Shown here one piece after another: positions 18,535 through 29,088 of a stretch of 64,000 bases of DNA. The notes beneath the pieces were generated by a model. That model was given only the letters and a program-made list of their open reading frames with translations, was not told the DNA's origin and did not search any database. This stretch comes from Desulfosudaceae bacterium (GTDB taxonomy: Bacteria > Desulfobacterota > Desulfobacteria > Desulfobacterales > Desulfosudaceae): the NCBI GenBank assembly GCA_963674745.2, contig CAXXDV010000003.1:512001-576000 (forward strand), given 5' to 3'. Each line of letters opens with the position of its first letter. Positions within the stretch are counted from its first letter, which is position 1. A program made the translations under genes and the position numbers.

Positions 18535-20388
18535 TCAGGAAGATTGCTGTGTATGGGCTTGCAGTTGATTCACCAGCTGCTCCAGGGATTTTAGCGTGTT
18601 TCGCGTTTTTTCCGTGGCCGAGGTTGTTTCCTGAGCCCCTGTTTTAATCTGGCGGATAATATCGTTTAGCTGCTGGTTTGTCGAGGCCTGATGGGATGTG
18701 ATGCTTTCGATTTCATCAAGATCCCGGTTGGCGTTCAAACAGGCGTAGAGAATCTTTTCAAAATGCTCGGTCATCTGGGTCATCACTTCTTTACCCGCCG
18801 CAACCGCCTGTTCGCCTTCTTCAACATGCAGGACCGAAGATGCCAGGGAACTGCGGATGCGATTCAGGTTCCGGGTGATGCTCATGGTCGACTCCCGGGA
18901 ATCCTGCGCCAGAAAGCGGATTTCCCGGGCCACCACACCGAACCGGCTGCCCTTGTCGCCGGCCTTGAGCGCTTCGATCCCGGCGTTGATGGAAAGAATA
19001 TTGGTCTTGCTGCTGATCTGGTTGATGGTTTGCACAATGCTGTCAATCTCGCGGGATTGTTCCTCAAGTTGGTCCATGGCCTGGACAATGTCCTTCATCC
19101 TGGCCGAGATTTCAGTGAGTGTGGTTTCCGTTTGTTTGAGTTTCTGCTGACCGGCCAGGGTGATATCCCGGGTCTTTTCCCCGTCCCGGGTTATCCGGGC
19201 CGTGTTTTCGGCAATCCGCCTGGCCACGCCGGCGATGATTTTGCCCATGTCGGCTGCTTCTTTTGCGGCCGCCTCCTGCTGTTCACTGCTGCCGGTCTGC
19301 TGGTCCGCGATATCCACCAGCTGGCGCGACAGGGGACTCAAGGTCTCAACCGCCTCGCGGATGCCGTCGATCAGGGCGCGGTTCTGTTCCAGCTGGGACA
19401 ACAGCGTGTCGGTCATGCGGTTAATTGACGCGCCCATGTGGGCAAATTCGTCATTGGCGATAATACTGATTTTTTCATTATACTGGCCGGCCTGAATTTT
19501 TTCCGCCACTTTTTTAAACATGTTTATCGGCCAGGTAATGGCCATGGACGTGCCCAGGCTGACGAGCAGGGCCAGCAGTGTGCCCACGATCATGACGCCC
19601 ACAAACAACATGGTTACACTGCCCATCCGGGATTGGAAATAGTCGACCGACTTGATGCGGTCATCGGCCGTGCCGAAACTGTCCCGGGCCAGTTGGCCGG
19701 CGGTTTCGGCGGGCAGCAGGGATTCTATCTTCTGCATGTTGTCCAAAACCGAGCCGTACAGGCCGTAACTGATGATGACGGTATAGCCGGTGAAGGCCAC
19801 CACCATGACGACGATGAGCAAAACGAATTTCCGGCGCAGCGGCATGGGCCGGCCGACGTTTCGCGAATGGGCCCGTCCGCTGCTGTGGTCCCGGATCGTG
19901 GCCAGTACAGGCGTGATCGCCCAGGCCGAGAAATGCTCGGACATGGGAATGGTCAGCAGCCCGGCGATAACACCCGACAGGGCCCCGTAAACAATGACAT
20001 GGGCCGGCCAGCCCGGCAGGGCCAGCACCATCAGCCCGTAACCGAAAATCCCGCCCAGGATGTACGCGGGAAATGACAGCAGGGCCAGAAAATAGGTCAG
20101 GTCGATGACCCGGGCCTCGGCTGACGTGATCAGCTCCGGGTCCGGCGTTTTGTCCAGATCGATCTGCTCCAGGAACGCGCGCACCGGCCGCAAATAGTAA
20201 ATGGAGATTAAAATATGGCCGCCCAGCAGGGGGATGGCCGCCGGCAGGGGACTGATCATGATGATGGGCAGCTCTTTTAAGGTGGGACCCATAATACAGA
20301 TAATGAGCAGTTCCATGCCCAGAATGTTAAAGGTACCCACACCGATGATAATGGCCGCCACTCGCCACAGAAACTGTGCCGGTTTCAT
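18535..20388 (-). CDS. Methyl-accepting chemotaxis protein with multi-TM sensor and HAMP domain
   Basis: TNILSINAGIEA.KAGDKG.RFGVVAREIR signalling hairpin; DEF..M...INRM HAMP; several N-terminal TM helices. Confidence 0.92.
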   Translation of the reverse strand: MKPAQFLWRVAAIIIGVGTFNILGMELLIICIMGPTLKELPIIMISPLPAAIPLLGGHILISIYYLRPVRAFLEQIDLDKTPDPELITSAEARVIDLTYFLALLSFPAYILGGIFGYGLMVLALPGWPAHVIVYGALSGVIAGLLTIPMSEHFSAWAITPVLATIRDHSSGRAHSRNVGRPMPLRRKFVLLIVVMVVAFTGYTVIISYGLYGSVLDNMQKIESLLPAETAGQLARDSFGTADDRIKSVDYFQSRMGSVTMLFVGVMIVGTLLALLVSLGTSMAITWPINMFKKVAEKIQAGQYNEKISIIANDEFAHMGASINRMTDTLLSQLEQNRALIDGIREAVETLSPLSRQLVDIADQQTGSSEQQEAAAKEAADMGKIIAGVARRIAENTARITRDGEKTRDITLAGQQKLKQTETTLTEISARMKDIVQAMDQLEEQSREIDSIVQTINQISSKTNILSINAGIEALKAGDKGSRFGVVAREIRFLAQDSRESTMSITRNLNRIRSSLASSVLHVEEGEQAVAAGKEVMTQMTEHFEKILYACLNANRDLDEIESITSHQASTNQQLNDIIRQIKTGAQETTSATEKTRNTLKSLEQLVNQLQAHTQQSS

Positions 20389-20557
20389 ACGTCCCCCCGA
20401 TTCGTCACTCAAACTATTATTTATTTACGAAAAATGTCAATGAATTTCACCCCGAACCCCCTTCCGCCGTCTCCCCGACCCGGGATCCAGATCTGCCGAA
20501 CATCCACCAACGTCTGCACAATTTACAGAAAACAAAAGATCATGAACGTAATCACCC

Positions 20558-21340
20558 GTAGGGGCAACCCCCTGTGGTTGCCCTCCACCGGGCAGGCACG
20601 GGGGCCTGCCCCTACAATTGTTGCGAACGTCCCCAAACCCGAACCCGAACCGCGCCCCTCAACCCCCGTAGGGGCGACCGGCGGGTCGCCCTCTCACTCA
20701 AACCCGACTTTTCCCCCCTCCCGCGAAGCGGGCCCCCACCCGCCGCGCCTGCGACCTCGAACCCCGCCCACCCATACACGCCTGTACGATCTTTAGAAGG
20801 CAGAACACCTGGAACGTCAACACATGTAGGGGCAACCCCCTGTGGTTGCCCTCCACCGGGCAGGCACGGGGGCCTGCCCCTACAATTATTGCGAACGTCC
20901 CCAAACCCGAACCCGAACCGCGCCCCTCAACCCCCGTAGGGGCGACCGGCGGGTCGCCCTCTCACTCAAACCCGACTTTTCCCCCCTCCCGCGAAGCGGG
21001 CCCCCACCCGCCGCGCCTGCGACCTCGAACCCCGCCCACCCATACACGCCTGTACGATCTTTAGAAGGCAGAACACCTGGAACGTCAACACATGTAGGGG
21101 CAACCCCCTGTGGTTGCCCTCCACCGGGCAGGCACGGGGGCCTGCCCCTACAATTGTTGCGAACGCCTCGCCCCCGAACCCCGAACCCCGACCCCCGAAC
21201 CGCGCCCCTCAACCCCCGTAGGGGCGAACGGCGGGTCGCCCACTCACTCAAACCCCGAACCTCCCCCCGCGTAGCGGCCCTCCACCCCCCGCGCCTGACA
21301 CCCTAAAACTCTAAAACCCTAAAACCCCCGCGCAGCGGGC
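20558..21340. repeat. 268-bp tandem repeat of a REP module (2 near-identical units plus a diverged partial third)
   Basis: Units start at 20558, 20826 and 21094 (GTAGGGGCAACCCCCTGTGGTTGCCC...). Confidence 0.92.
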
Positions 21341-21410
21341 CCACTATTTCATTTGCCCCCACATTCAACTTGGGCTATCCTAAAAAATTAAAAAAAATGG
21401 AAACCACCCA

Positions 21411-22256
21411 ATGACGGTAAAATGCCCCAAATGCAAAGCCGTTCAGGGCGATACAACGCAATGCAGATTCTGCGGTACGGATTTTAATCAAAAACCGGAC
21501 GGATCCCTGCCGCAAAACCCTGTCGTCCTCGAACTGGTTAAATTTTACCTGAAACTGGCTCAAATTTATCAAAAAATAGCCGCTTTCCCGCCGGCTTTTA
21601 AAAAGCGTTGGCTGGCCCAGGTTGACCGGCTGTCCGCAAAGATCGGTATCGACCTTGCGGCGGTCTTTAATGCCGCCTGGCAAACCGTCCGGTCCTGGTT
21701 CCGGGACGTGCTCGACCTTATCGCCACCATACTGGTCTGCGCCTTCTTTGCCTGGGTCATCTGTGTCGTCCTGCTGTCCATCAGCGAGGGGCTGTGGGCC
21801 CTTTACCTGGAAACCCAGGTCGGACAACAGTTTCTGCTGCATTTTCCTTTTCGGGCCCGCGCCATCGCCAGAATCGTCTATGGCGATCCGGTCGGGTTTT
21901 CTTACCAGTTGTGCCTGATCAGCGTCAAAGCCTGCCTGGTCGTGGCCGCCGTCGCCCGGGTGTCTTATCTCGCCCGCGTCCTGTACGAAAACAGGATGGT
22001 GCCTATCAGGGTCATCCTCTGGGTCCCTGCCTGCGCCGCCGCCGCTGCCTGGATTTTTCTTCACGAACAGGGCCTCCAGTTCCAGATCGGCCTGGCCATC
22101 ACCCCCCTGCCCATCCTGTTCCTGTTTCACCCCTGCTTTGAACTGGCCGCTAAATGCCTGCCCGAAGCCAACCTGCGCCGGGTCTTCCAACTCACCAAAC
22201 GGCTGATCAAACACGCCTGGCGAAAAACCAAGACCTACTTCAAACCCAATCTTTAA
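21411..22256 (+). CDS. Hypothetical membrane protein with N-terminal zinc ribbon
   Basis: CPKC..CRFC followed by about 4 TM helices; its 3' half is duplicated at 25302-25739 with mostly synonymous changes, which supports coding status. Confidence 0.75.
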   Translation: MTVKCPKCKAVQGDTTQCRFCGTDFNQKPDGSLPQNPVVLELVKFYLKLAQIYQKIAAFPPAFKKRWLAQVDRLSAKIGIDLAAVFNAAWQTVRSWFRDVLDLIATILVCAFFAWVICVVLLSISEGLWALYLETQVGQQFLLHFPFRARAIARIVYGDPVGFSYQLCLISVKACLVVAAVARVSYLARVLYENRMVPIRVILWVPACAAAAAWIFLHEQGLQFQIGLAITPLPILFLFHPCFELAAKCLPEANLRRVFQLTKRLIKHAWRKTKTYFKPNL

Positions 22257-22292
22257 ATATCCCTCAAACCCCAACCCTCACGGCACCCATCT

Positions 22293-22569
22293 GTAGGGGC
22301 ACGGCGTGCCGTGCCCTTTTGTGCCCCCCCCGCATACGCACCCCCTGTAGGGGCGACCGGCTGGTCGCCCCCAATCTCGAACCTCGAACTCCCCCCGCCC
22401 GCGAAGCGTGCCTCTATCCTCCGCACGTCATTCCGGCGAACGCCGGAATCCAGATCTGCCGCCCAACCAGGCACATCTGTACAATACCTGCTAAGCCAGT
22501 CAGCCCCCCCGCCGCCTTAATCACATAACCACTTAACCACTTTCCCCTAAAACCGCCCGCGCAGCGGGC
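22293..22569. repeat. REP cluster (GTAG x2, CGTC-type, GCGNAGC hairpins, octamers)
   Basis: GTAG REPs at 22293 and 22347; CGTCATTCCGGCGAACGCCGGAATCC about 22426; TAACCACT units about 22518-22540. Confidence 0.8.
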
Positions 22570-22627
22570 ATAAATTCTATTCCCATTTACGATGTTTTAC
22601 GATATATTATTAATTTAACTTCAGTAG

Positions 22628-23708
<1,081 letters not shown>

Positions 23709-24779
23709 ATGGGAAAACGAATCCTAACCATCATCGGCGCACGTCCGCAATTCATAAAAGCTTCAGCGGTCAGCCGCGAACTGCAAAAAATCGGTGATGA
23801 ACTGATCGTTCATACCGGTCAGCACTATGACGACAATATGTCCCGGATTTTCTTTGACGAACTGAAAATTCCAAGGCCGGACTACAACCTGGGCATTGGC
23901 TCCGGAGGCCATGGGGCACAGACCGGAGCGATGCTGGCAGCCATTGAGGACGTTCTGCAAAAAGAGCGGCCGGACCGGGTACTCGTATATGGCGACACCA
24001 ATTCCACCCTGGCCGGAGCCTTGGCCGCCGCCAAACTCCATATTCCGGTGGCGCATGTAGAGGCAGGGCTACGCAGCTTCAACCGTCACATGCCGGAAGA
24101 AATCAACCGGGTGGTAACAGATCATCTGTCCGATATTCTGTTCTGTCCCAGTCAAACCGCAATAAATAACCTGGCTGCCGAAGGTATTACCAGAGGCGTT
24201 CATCTGGTGGGTGATGTCATGTATGAAGCATTGATGCACGCCGTTGCCATCGCGAAAAGACAATCAGACATACTGGAGCGTATGGATTTGCATGACGGTG
24301 GCTATATCCTGGCTACTGTCCATCGTGCCGAAAATACCGATCAACCGGACAGATTAAAAAAAATAATTGAGGCGCTTTACGAGATTTCACAAACGCATAC
24401 GGTGGTATTCCCCGTCCATCCACGCACGCGGAATAAGTTGAAAGAGTTGCCGGACGCTCTTGCGTCGGCCATCAACAGTACCCTGAGCATGATTGAACCG
24501 GTCGGCTATCTGGATATGGTAAGACTGGAAAGTGGAGCAAAAATGATTATGACCGACTCCGGAGGTATTCAGAAGGAGGCCTATTGGCTTAACGTGCCCT
24601 GTGTGACTCTGCGTGAGGAGACCGAATGGGTAGAAACCGTGGAGCAGGGCTGGAACGTACTGGTCGGCACTGACCACGACCGGATATTAGCCGGGATGGC
24701 CGCCCGGACCAAGCCAGATGGATTTATTGATGACTATAACGGCAAGGGCAGCGTATCGCGTCTGGTGCAAGCCCTTTGA
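23709..24779 (+). CDS. UDP-N-acetylglucosamine 2-epimerase (non-hydrolysing), WbpI/WecB family
   Basis: GARPQFIK, HTGQHYD, GDTNST, HVEAGLRS, PEEINR, TDSGGIQKEA. Confidence 0.93.
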   Translation: MGKRILTIIGARPQFIKASAVSRELQKIGDELIVHTGQHYDDNMSRIFFDELKIPRPDYNLGIGSGGHGAQTGAMLAAIEDVLQKERPDRVLVYGDTNSTLAGALAAAKLHIPVAHVEAGLRSFNRHMPEEINRVVTDHLSDILFCPSQTAINNLAAEGITRGVHLVGDVMYEALMHAVAIAKRQSDILERMDLHDGGYILATVHRAENTDQPDRLKKIIEALYEISQTHTVVFPVHPRTRNKLKELPDALASAINSTLSMIEPVGYLDMVRLESGAKMIMTDSGGIQKEAYWLNVPCVTLREETEWVETVEQGWNVLVGTDHDRILAGMAARTKPDGFIDDYNGKGSVSRLVQAL

Positions 24780-24899
24780 TTTTAAGATATTAATAAACGA
24801 TCGGCACGATGCTGCTGATATTTATCAGTATCCGGAATTGGGCTGGATCTCTGTAATTAATGTTTTGAAAATTATGTGGCACCTTTCTACTAGCGAATA

Positions 24900-25308
24900 A
24901 TGGCTCAATCTCGTTCGACAAAAGTAATCATCCTATCCTCTGGACAGGCACTTACAGCCCTTGTCTTTCTTGTTAGTGCTTCAATCCTGACGCGTATTTT
25001 ATCGCAAGCGGATTTTGGAACCTATAGGCAGGTGATTGCTTGCCTATGCCTTTGCTGTACCTTTTGTGCTTCTTGGTTTTGACCGGGCTTTATTCGCATT
25101 CCTGCCCGGTGAGGAAGAGAGGCCACGCGGTCTCTTAGTAGAAAACCTTTTACTGCTGACAGTCGCCGGCGGCATCCTTTCCTTGTTTATTGTTTTTGGC
25201 GGCGGCCATTTTCTGGCAAAAAGGTTCAACAATCCGGCTTTAGCGCCATTGCTGTCGCTAATGGTCTTGTATCCTCTTTTTATGTTGCCGGCTTCTGCCT
25301 TGTCGGCC
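24900..25308 (+). pseudogene. Wzx-type oligosaccharide flippase, frameshifted and 3'-truncated
   Basis: LTRILSQADFGTYRQV then +1 shift at 25036-25037 into LAYAFAVPFVLLG...FNNPALAPLL; interrupted by the duplicated segment at 25302. Confidence 0.75.
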
Positions 25309-25836
25309 AGCAGTTTCTGCTGCATTTTCCTTTTCGGGCCCGTGCCATCGCCAGAATCGTCTATGGCGATCCGGTCGGGTTTTCTTACCAGCTGTGCCTG
25401 ATCAGCGTCAAAGCCTGCCTGGTCGTGGCCGCCGTCGCCCGGGTGTCTTATCTCGCCCGCGTCCTGTACGAAAACAGGATGGTGCCTATCAGGGTCATCC
25501 TCTGGGTCCCTGCCTGCGCGGCCGCCGCTGCCTGGATTTTTCTTCACGAACAGGGCCTCCAGTTCCAGATCGGCCTGGCCATCACCCCCCTGCCCATCCT
25601 GTTCCTGTTTCACCCCTGCTTTGAACTGGCCGCTAAATGCCTGCCCGAAGCCAACCTGCGCCGGGTCTTCCAACTCACCAAACGGCTCATCAAACACGCC
25701 TGGCGTAAAACCAAAGCCTACTTCAAAGCCAATCTTTAAATATCCCTCAAACCCCAACCCTCGCAGCACTCATTTGTAGGGGCACGGCGTGCCGTGCCCT
25801 TTTGTGCCCCCTGTAGGGGCGACCGGCGGGTCGCCC
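25302..25836 (+). repeat. Diverged duplicate of 21819-about 22370 (3' half of the membrane-protein gene plus downstream REPs)
   Basis: Direct alignment by eye; differences are mostly third-position (GGA/GGC, CAA/CAG, CGC/CGT, GCC/GCG, CTG/CTC, CGA/CGT). Confidence 0.92.
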
Positions 25837-25983
25837 ACTCACTCAAACCCGAGTTCTCCTCCCGCGTAGCGGGCCCCCACCCGCCGCGCCTGCAACTCTA
25901 AAACCTTAATCACCCTTCCCCCATTTCCCCAAATGTGTTAATAACGTGTCAAACCGCAACAAATCAATCGAAGGAGAAAAAAC

Positions 25984-26499
25984 ATGAAGGGTTACGTCCA
26001 AATATACACGGGCGACGGCAAAGGCAAAACCACCGCCGCCCTGGGCCTGTCCCTGCGGGCCGTCGGCGCCGGCCTGCGCGTCTTTATCTGCCAGTTCATG
26101 AAATCCGGCGACTACAGCGAAATAAAGGCCTTAAAATACTTTTCCGACCTGATAACCGTAGAACAGTTCGGCACCGGCCACTTTGTCAGAAACAAACCCT
26201 CCGCGGAAGAAATGGCAGCCGGCCAGAAAGGCCTGGCCCGCCTCAAACAAGCCATAACCTCCGGCAACTATGACGTCGTCATTGCAGAAGAAGCCAACGT
26301 CGCCGTCTCCTGCGGCCTGTTCCCGGCCGCCGAACTCATCCACATCATCGACACCAAACCCGAAAACGTGGAGCTGGTCATTACCGGCCGCGGCGCTGCC
26401 CCCGAAGTCATCCAACGCGCAGACCTGGTCACCGAAATGAAAGCCGTCAAACACTACTACAAAAACGGTGTTCAGGCCAGGGTGGGCATAGAAAAATAG
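25984..26499 (+). CDS. cobO: Cob(I)yrinic acid a,c-diamide adenosyltransferase
   Basis: YTGDGKGKTTAALG, QFMK, ELVITGR, ADLVTEM, GIE. Confidence 0.94.
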   Translation: MKGYVQIYTGDGKGKTTAALGLSLRAVGAGLRVFICQFMKSGDYSEIKALKYFSDLITVEQFGTGHFVRNKPSAEEMAAGQKGLARLKQAITSGNYDVVIAEEANVAVSCGLFPAAELIHIIDTKPENVELVITGRGAAPEVIQRADLVTEMKAVKHYYKNGVQARVGIEK

Positions 26500-26511
26500 A
26501 TTTTGGTTCCC

Positions 26512-26585
26512 CATCATTCCGGCGAAGGCCGGAACCCGTTTCTGCGAACACCAACAAAAGACTGTACATTTTCTGCAAAGCCAGC
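26512..26585 (+). repeat. CGTC-type REP with conserved tail
   Basis: CATCATTCCGGCGAAGGCCGGAACCC...CTGTACA; related copies at about 17926, 20468, 22426, 59272 (minus) and 62069 (minus). Confidence 0.7.
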
Positions 26586-26682
26586 CAATAAACCCGATAC
26601 CTGGAACCTTAAACCAAAAACCGTCTTTATCAAAAAGACAAAAATATATTGACTTGTCTTCCATAAAGATATAGAAAAACAT

Positions 26683-27987
26683 ATGCAAACCATTCTGGAA
26701 CAACTTATCGCCGATTTTCATGAACGCGAATTACCTTCCTTGACACTACGTCAAACGGATTTACCCTGGCTGCCGGGAAAGATCGATGCGGTAATCGGTA
26801 TGCGTCGCTCCGGTAAAACCTGGTTTTTATATCAGCATATGAAACGTTTGATTGATGCGGGCGTGTCCCGGGAATGCCTGTTGTATTTGAATTTTGAAGA
26901 TGAACGACTGCTGCCGATGACAACATCCGACCTTCAGCAGATTACAATGGCGTTTTATCGCCGTAATCCGCATTTGAAAAGCCGGGAATGCGTTTATTTT
27001 TTTGATGAAATTCAGAATATTCAAGGCTGGGAACAATTTCTACGCCGCCTGCTGGATACGGAAAAAGCCCATATCTGCCTGACCGGCTCATCGGCCAAAC
27101 TTCTGAGTACTGAAATCGCCACCAGTCTTCGCGGTAGATCTCTGGCGACAGAAATATTCCCTTTCAGTTTTGCCGAATCCCTGGAACATGCCGGCATTGG
27201 GCAGAAAGACACAAAACCACCGGGCGCAAAACGGCGGGCCCTGCTGGAAAACCGGTTTCAGGCTTATTTGACCACCGGCGGGTTCCCTGAAGTCCAGGAG
27301 ATTGAGGCACACTATCGCACCGGCATATTACAGAATTATCTGGATGTGGTCGTTTTGCGGGACCTGATTGAACGCCATAACATTTCAAGCGTGGTCCCTT
27401 TGCGATATATGATCCGGCACCTGCTGAACGCGCCGGCCGGCCTTTTCAGCGTCCAGAAGTTTTACAATGATTTGCGATCACAAGGTATTCCCTGCGGCAA
27501 AAACACCCTGCACGAATTTTTGGATTACCTGACCGATGCCTATCTTTTTTTCCAGGTTTATATCCATGCGGACTCCCCACGTGCCCGTATGGTAAACCCC
27601 AGAAAAATCTATGCCATTGATACCGGCCTGGTAAGGGCCTGCTCTCGCAAGACGACTCCGGACTGGGGCCACCTGCTGGAAAATTTTGTATTCATGGAAC
27701 TTCGCCGTCAAAAAGTCGGCATAGAATATTATCGAACGCAAAAGGGCAGGGAAGTTGATTTTTATATCACCACTGCTGACGGCACAGAACACTTGATCCA
27801 GGTGGCGGCTGAGCTCGGTGATCAAAAGACAATCCAGCGTGAAACGACCGCTTTAAACGAAGCCATGGCAGAATGCGGACATTCAAAGGCCACGATTCTC
27901 ACTTTTGCCACGGAAGATCACCTGACAACAGCCTCAGGACAAATCCATGTGCTGCCGGCCTGGAAATGGGCCTTGAAAATAGCATGA
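26683..27987 (+). CDS. AAA+ ATPase (AAA_14) with DUF4143 C-terminal domain
   Basis: GMRRSGKT, YLNFEDER, FFDEIQ, LTGSS, GGFPE, KIYAIDTGL, LLENFV, EVDF. Confidence 0.9.
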   Translation: MQTILEQLIADFHERELPSLTLRQTDLPWLPGKIDAVIGMRRSGKTWFLYQHMKRLIDAGVSRECLLYLNFEDERLLPMTTSDLQQITMAFYRRNPHLKSRECVYFFDEIQNIQGWEQFLRRLLDTEKAHICLTGSSAKLLSTEIATSLRGRSLATEIFPFSFAESLEHAGIGQKDTKPPGAKRRALLENRFQAYLTTGGFPEVQEIEAHYRTGILQNYLDVVVLRDLIERHNISSVVPLRYMIRHLLNAPAGLFSVQKFYNDLRSQGIPCGKNTLHEFLDYLTDAYLFFQVYIHADSPRARMVNPRKIYAIDTGLVRACSRKTTPDWGHLLENFVFMELRRQKVGIEYYRTQKGREVDFYITTADGTEHLIQVAAELGDQKTIQRETTALNEAMAECGHSKATILTFATEDHLTTASGQIHVLPAWKWALKIA

Positions 27988-28033
27988 TAACCAACCTTGA
28001 CCCGAACCCAAAATCGGATTCCATTATTATTTT

Positions 28034-28062
28034 TTGACCAAAATTGACTATTGTGGTATATT
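28034..28062 (+). promoter_or_regulatory. Sigma70 promoter of the polysaccharide operon
   Basis: TTGACC-17 nt-TATATT with a TG extended -10. Confidence 0.55.
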
Positions 28063-28184
28063 ATTATGCTAAATTAAATCTTTTGAAGTGCTTTTAAGGG
28101 GAATGGGATTCGTTTTTGTCGCAGGTGGGCACTGATCAAAAAGGTGGATAAGTAGGATGTCTCACCGGTGCTGCTGTCTGCGAT

Positions 28185-28205
28185 TGTAACCAAAGGGGCG
28201 GAGCT
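28185..28205 (+). promoter_or_regulatory. ops/JUMPStart-like leader motif, copy 2
   Basis: TGTAACCAAAGGGGCGGAGCT, 33 nt before wzm. Confidence 0.65.
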
Positions 28206-28238
28206 ATATTGTTTATACAATAAAAGGTTATTATTTTA

Positions 28239-29066
28239 ATGGAATTTGATCGAATCATAAAACCCAAAAAAGGCCTTATTCCTGTCGATTTTCGAGAGCT
28301 ATGGCAATACAGGGAGCTTTTTTTGTTTTTGGCTTGGAAGGAGATCATAATTCGCTACAAACAGACAGCACTGGGTATTCTTTGGGCATTGATTCAACCC
28401 TTGTTGACCATGATTGTGTTTACTTTTATTTTTGGGTCACTTGCGGGGTTTTCGGAAGATACGGATGTGCCCTATGCTGTAATAACTTTGGCCGGGGTTG
28501 TCCCTTGGCAGTTCTTTTCCAGTGCCATGAATTCCAGCGGCTTATCACTTGTATCTCAAGGCAGTCTGATTACAAAAGTATATTTTCCTCGATTGATTTT
28601 ACCTGTGTCCTATATTATCTCTGCCGCAATCGATTTAGCCATTTCAATGTGCGTTTTATTTATCTTGATGTGGTTGTTTGGCATCGTCTTTTCCCCCATG
28701 TTGATCATGCTGCCGCTTTTTCTGCTCATCGGTGCCTTGGCCGCATTGGGTATGGGCTTATGGTTTAGCGCATTAAATGTTAAATACAGGGATGTCAAAC
28801 ATATTATCCCGTTTTTAGTTAAATTGGGGCTTTACATCAGCCCGGTCGGGTTCTTATCAACCAAAATTCCAGAAAATTATCATTTCTGGTACAGTCTGAA
28901 TCCCATGGTCGGCGTTATTGATGGTTTCCGTTGGTGCATTTTGGGCCAGGAATTTGCGCCTTATTGGCCTGGATTGTGGGTCAGCATTTCTGTTGTTATT
29001 GTCCTGCTAATCAGTGGCGTTTACTATTTTCGTTATGTGGAACGCGGTTTCGCCGATGTGGTTTAG
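28239..29066 (+). CDS. wzm: Polysaccharide ABC transporter permease
   Basis: ELWQYRELF, RYKQT.LG..WA..QP, LITKVYFPR, YRDVKH, LNPMVGVIDGFR, FADVV. Confidence 0.93.
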   Translation: MEFDRIIKPKKGLIPVDFRELWQYRELFLFLAWKEIIIRYKQTALGILWALIQPLLTMIVFTFIFGSLAGFSEDTDVPYAVITLAGVVPWQFFSSAMNSSGLSLVSQGSLITKVYFPRLILPVSYIISAAIDLAISMCVLFILMWLFGIVFSPMLIMLPLFLLIGALAALGMGLWFSALNVKYRDVKHIIPFLVKLGLYISPVGFLSTKIPENYHFWYSLNPMVGVIDGFRWCILGQEFAPYWPGLWVSISVVIVLLISGVYYFRYVERGFADVV

Positions 29067-29088
29067 TCCGCGATAAAAGGGAACCATT

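Noticed and set aside
20558..21340. Regularly spaced palindromic repeats as a CRISPR array
   Set aside because: The intervening sequences are themselves identical, the period is 268 bp, the same palindromes are dispersed throughout the window, and there are no cas genes.
6484..22274. Long antisense ORFs (6484-7332, 8882-9637, 14753-15364, 18691-19428, 21375-22274)
   Set aside because: Shadow frames of well-supported genes on the opposite strand, expected at high GC3.
2250..22528. Short ORFs containing VGATGGSP, GRHGGLPL, CRGDRRVAP etc. (e.g. 2250-2638, 4714-5242, 17825-18206, 20434-21306)
   Set aside because: They are translations of GC-rich REP/heptamer repeats in multiple frames, with no RBS or protein-like features.
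25036..25401. 121-aa ORF as a novel fusion protein
   Set aside because: It is the frameshifted wzx fragment reading out of frame into the duplicated segment.
25840..25983. Cobalamin riboswitch upstream of cobO
   Set aside because: No recognisable B12-box or GGGAA core; the region is short and made of REP-associated repeats.
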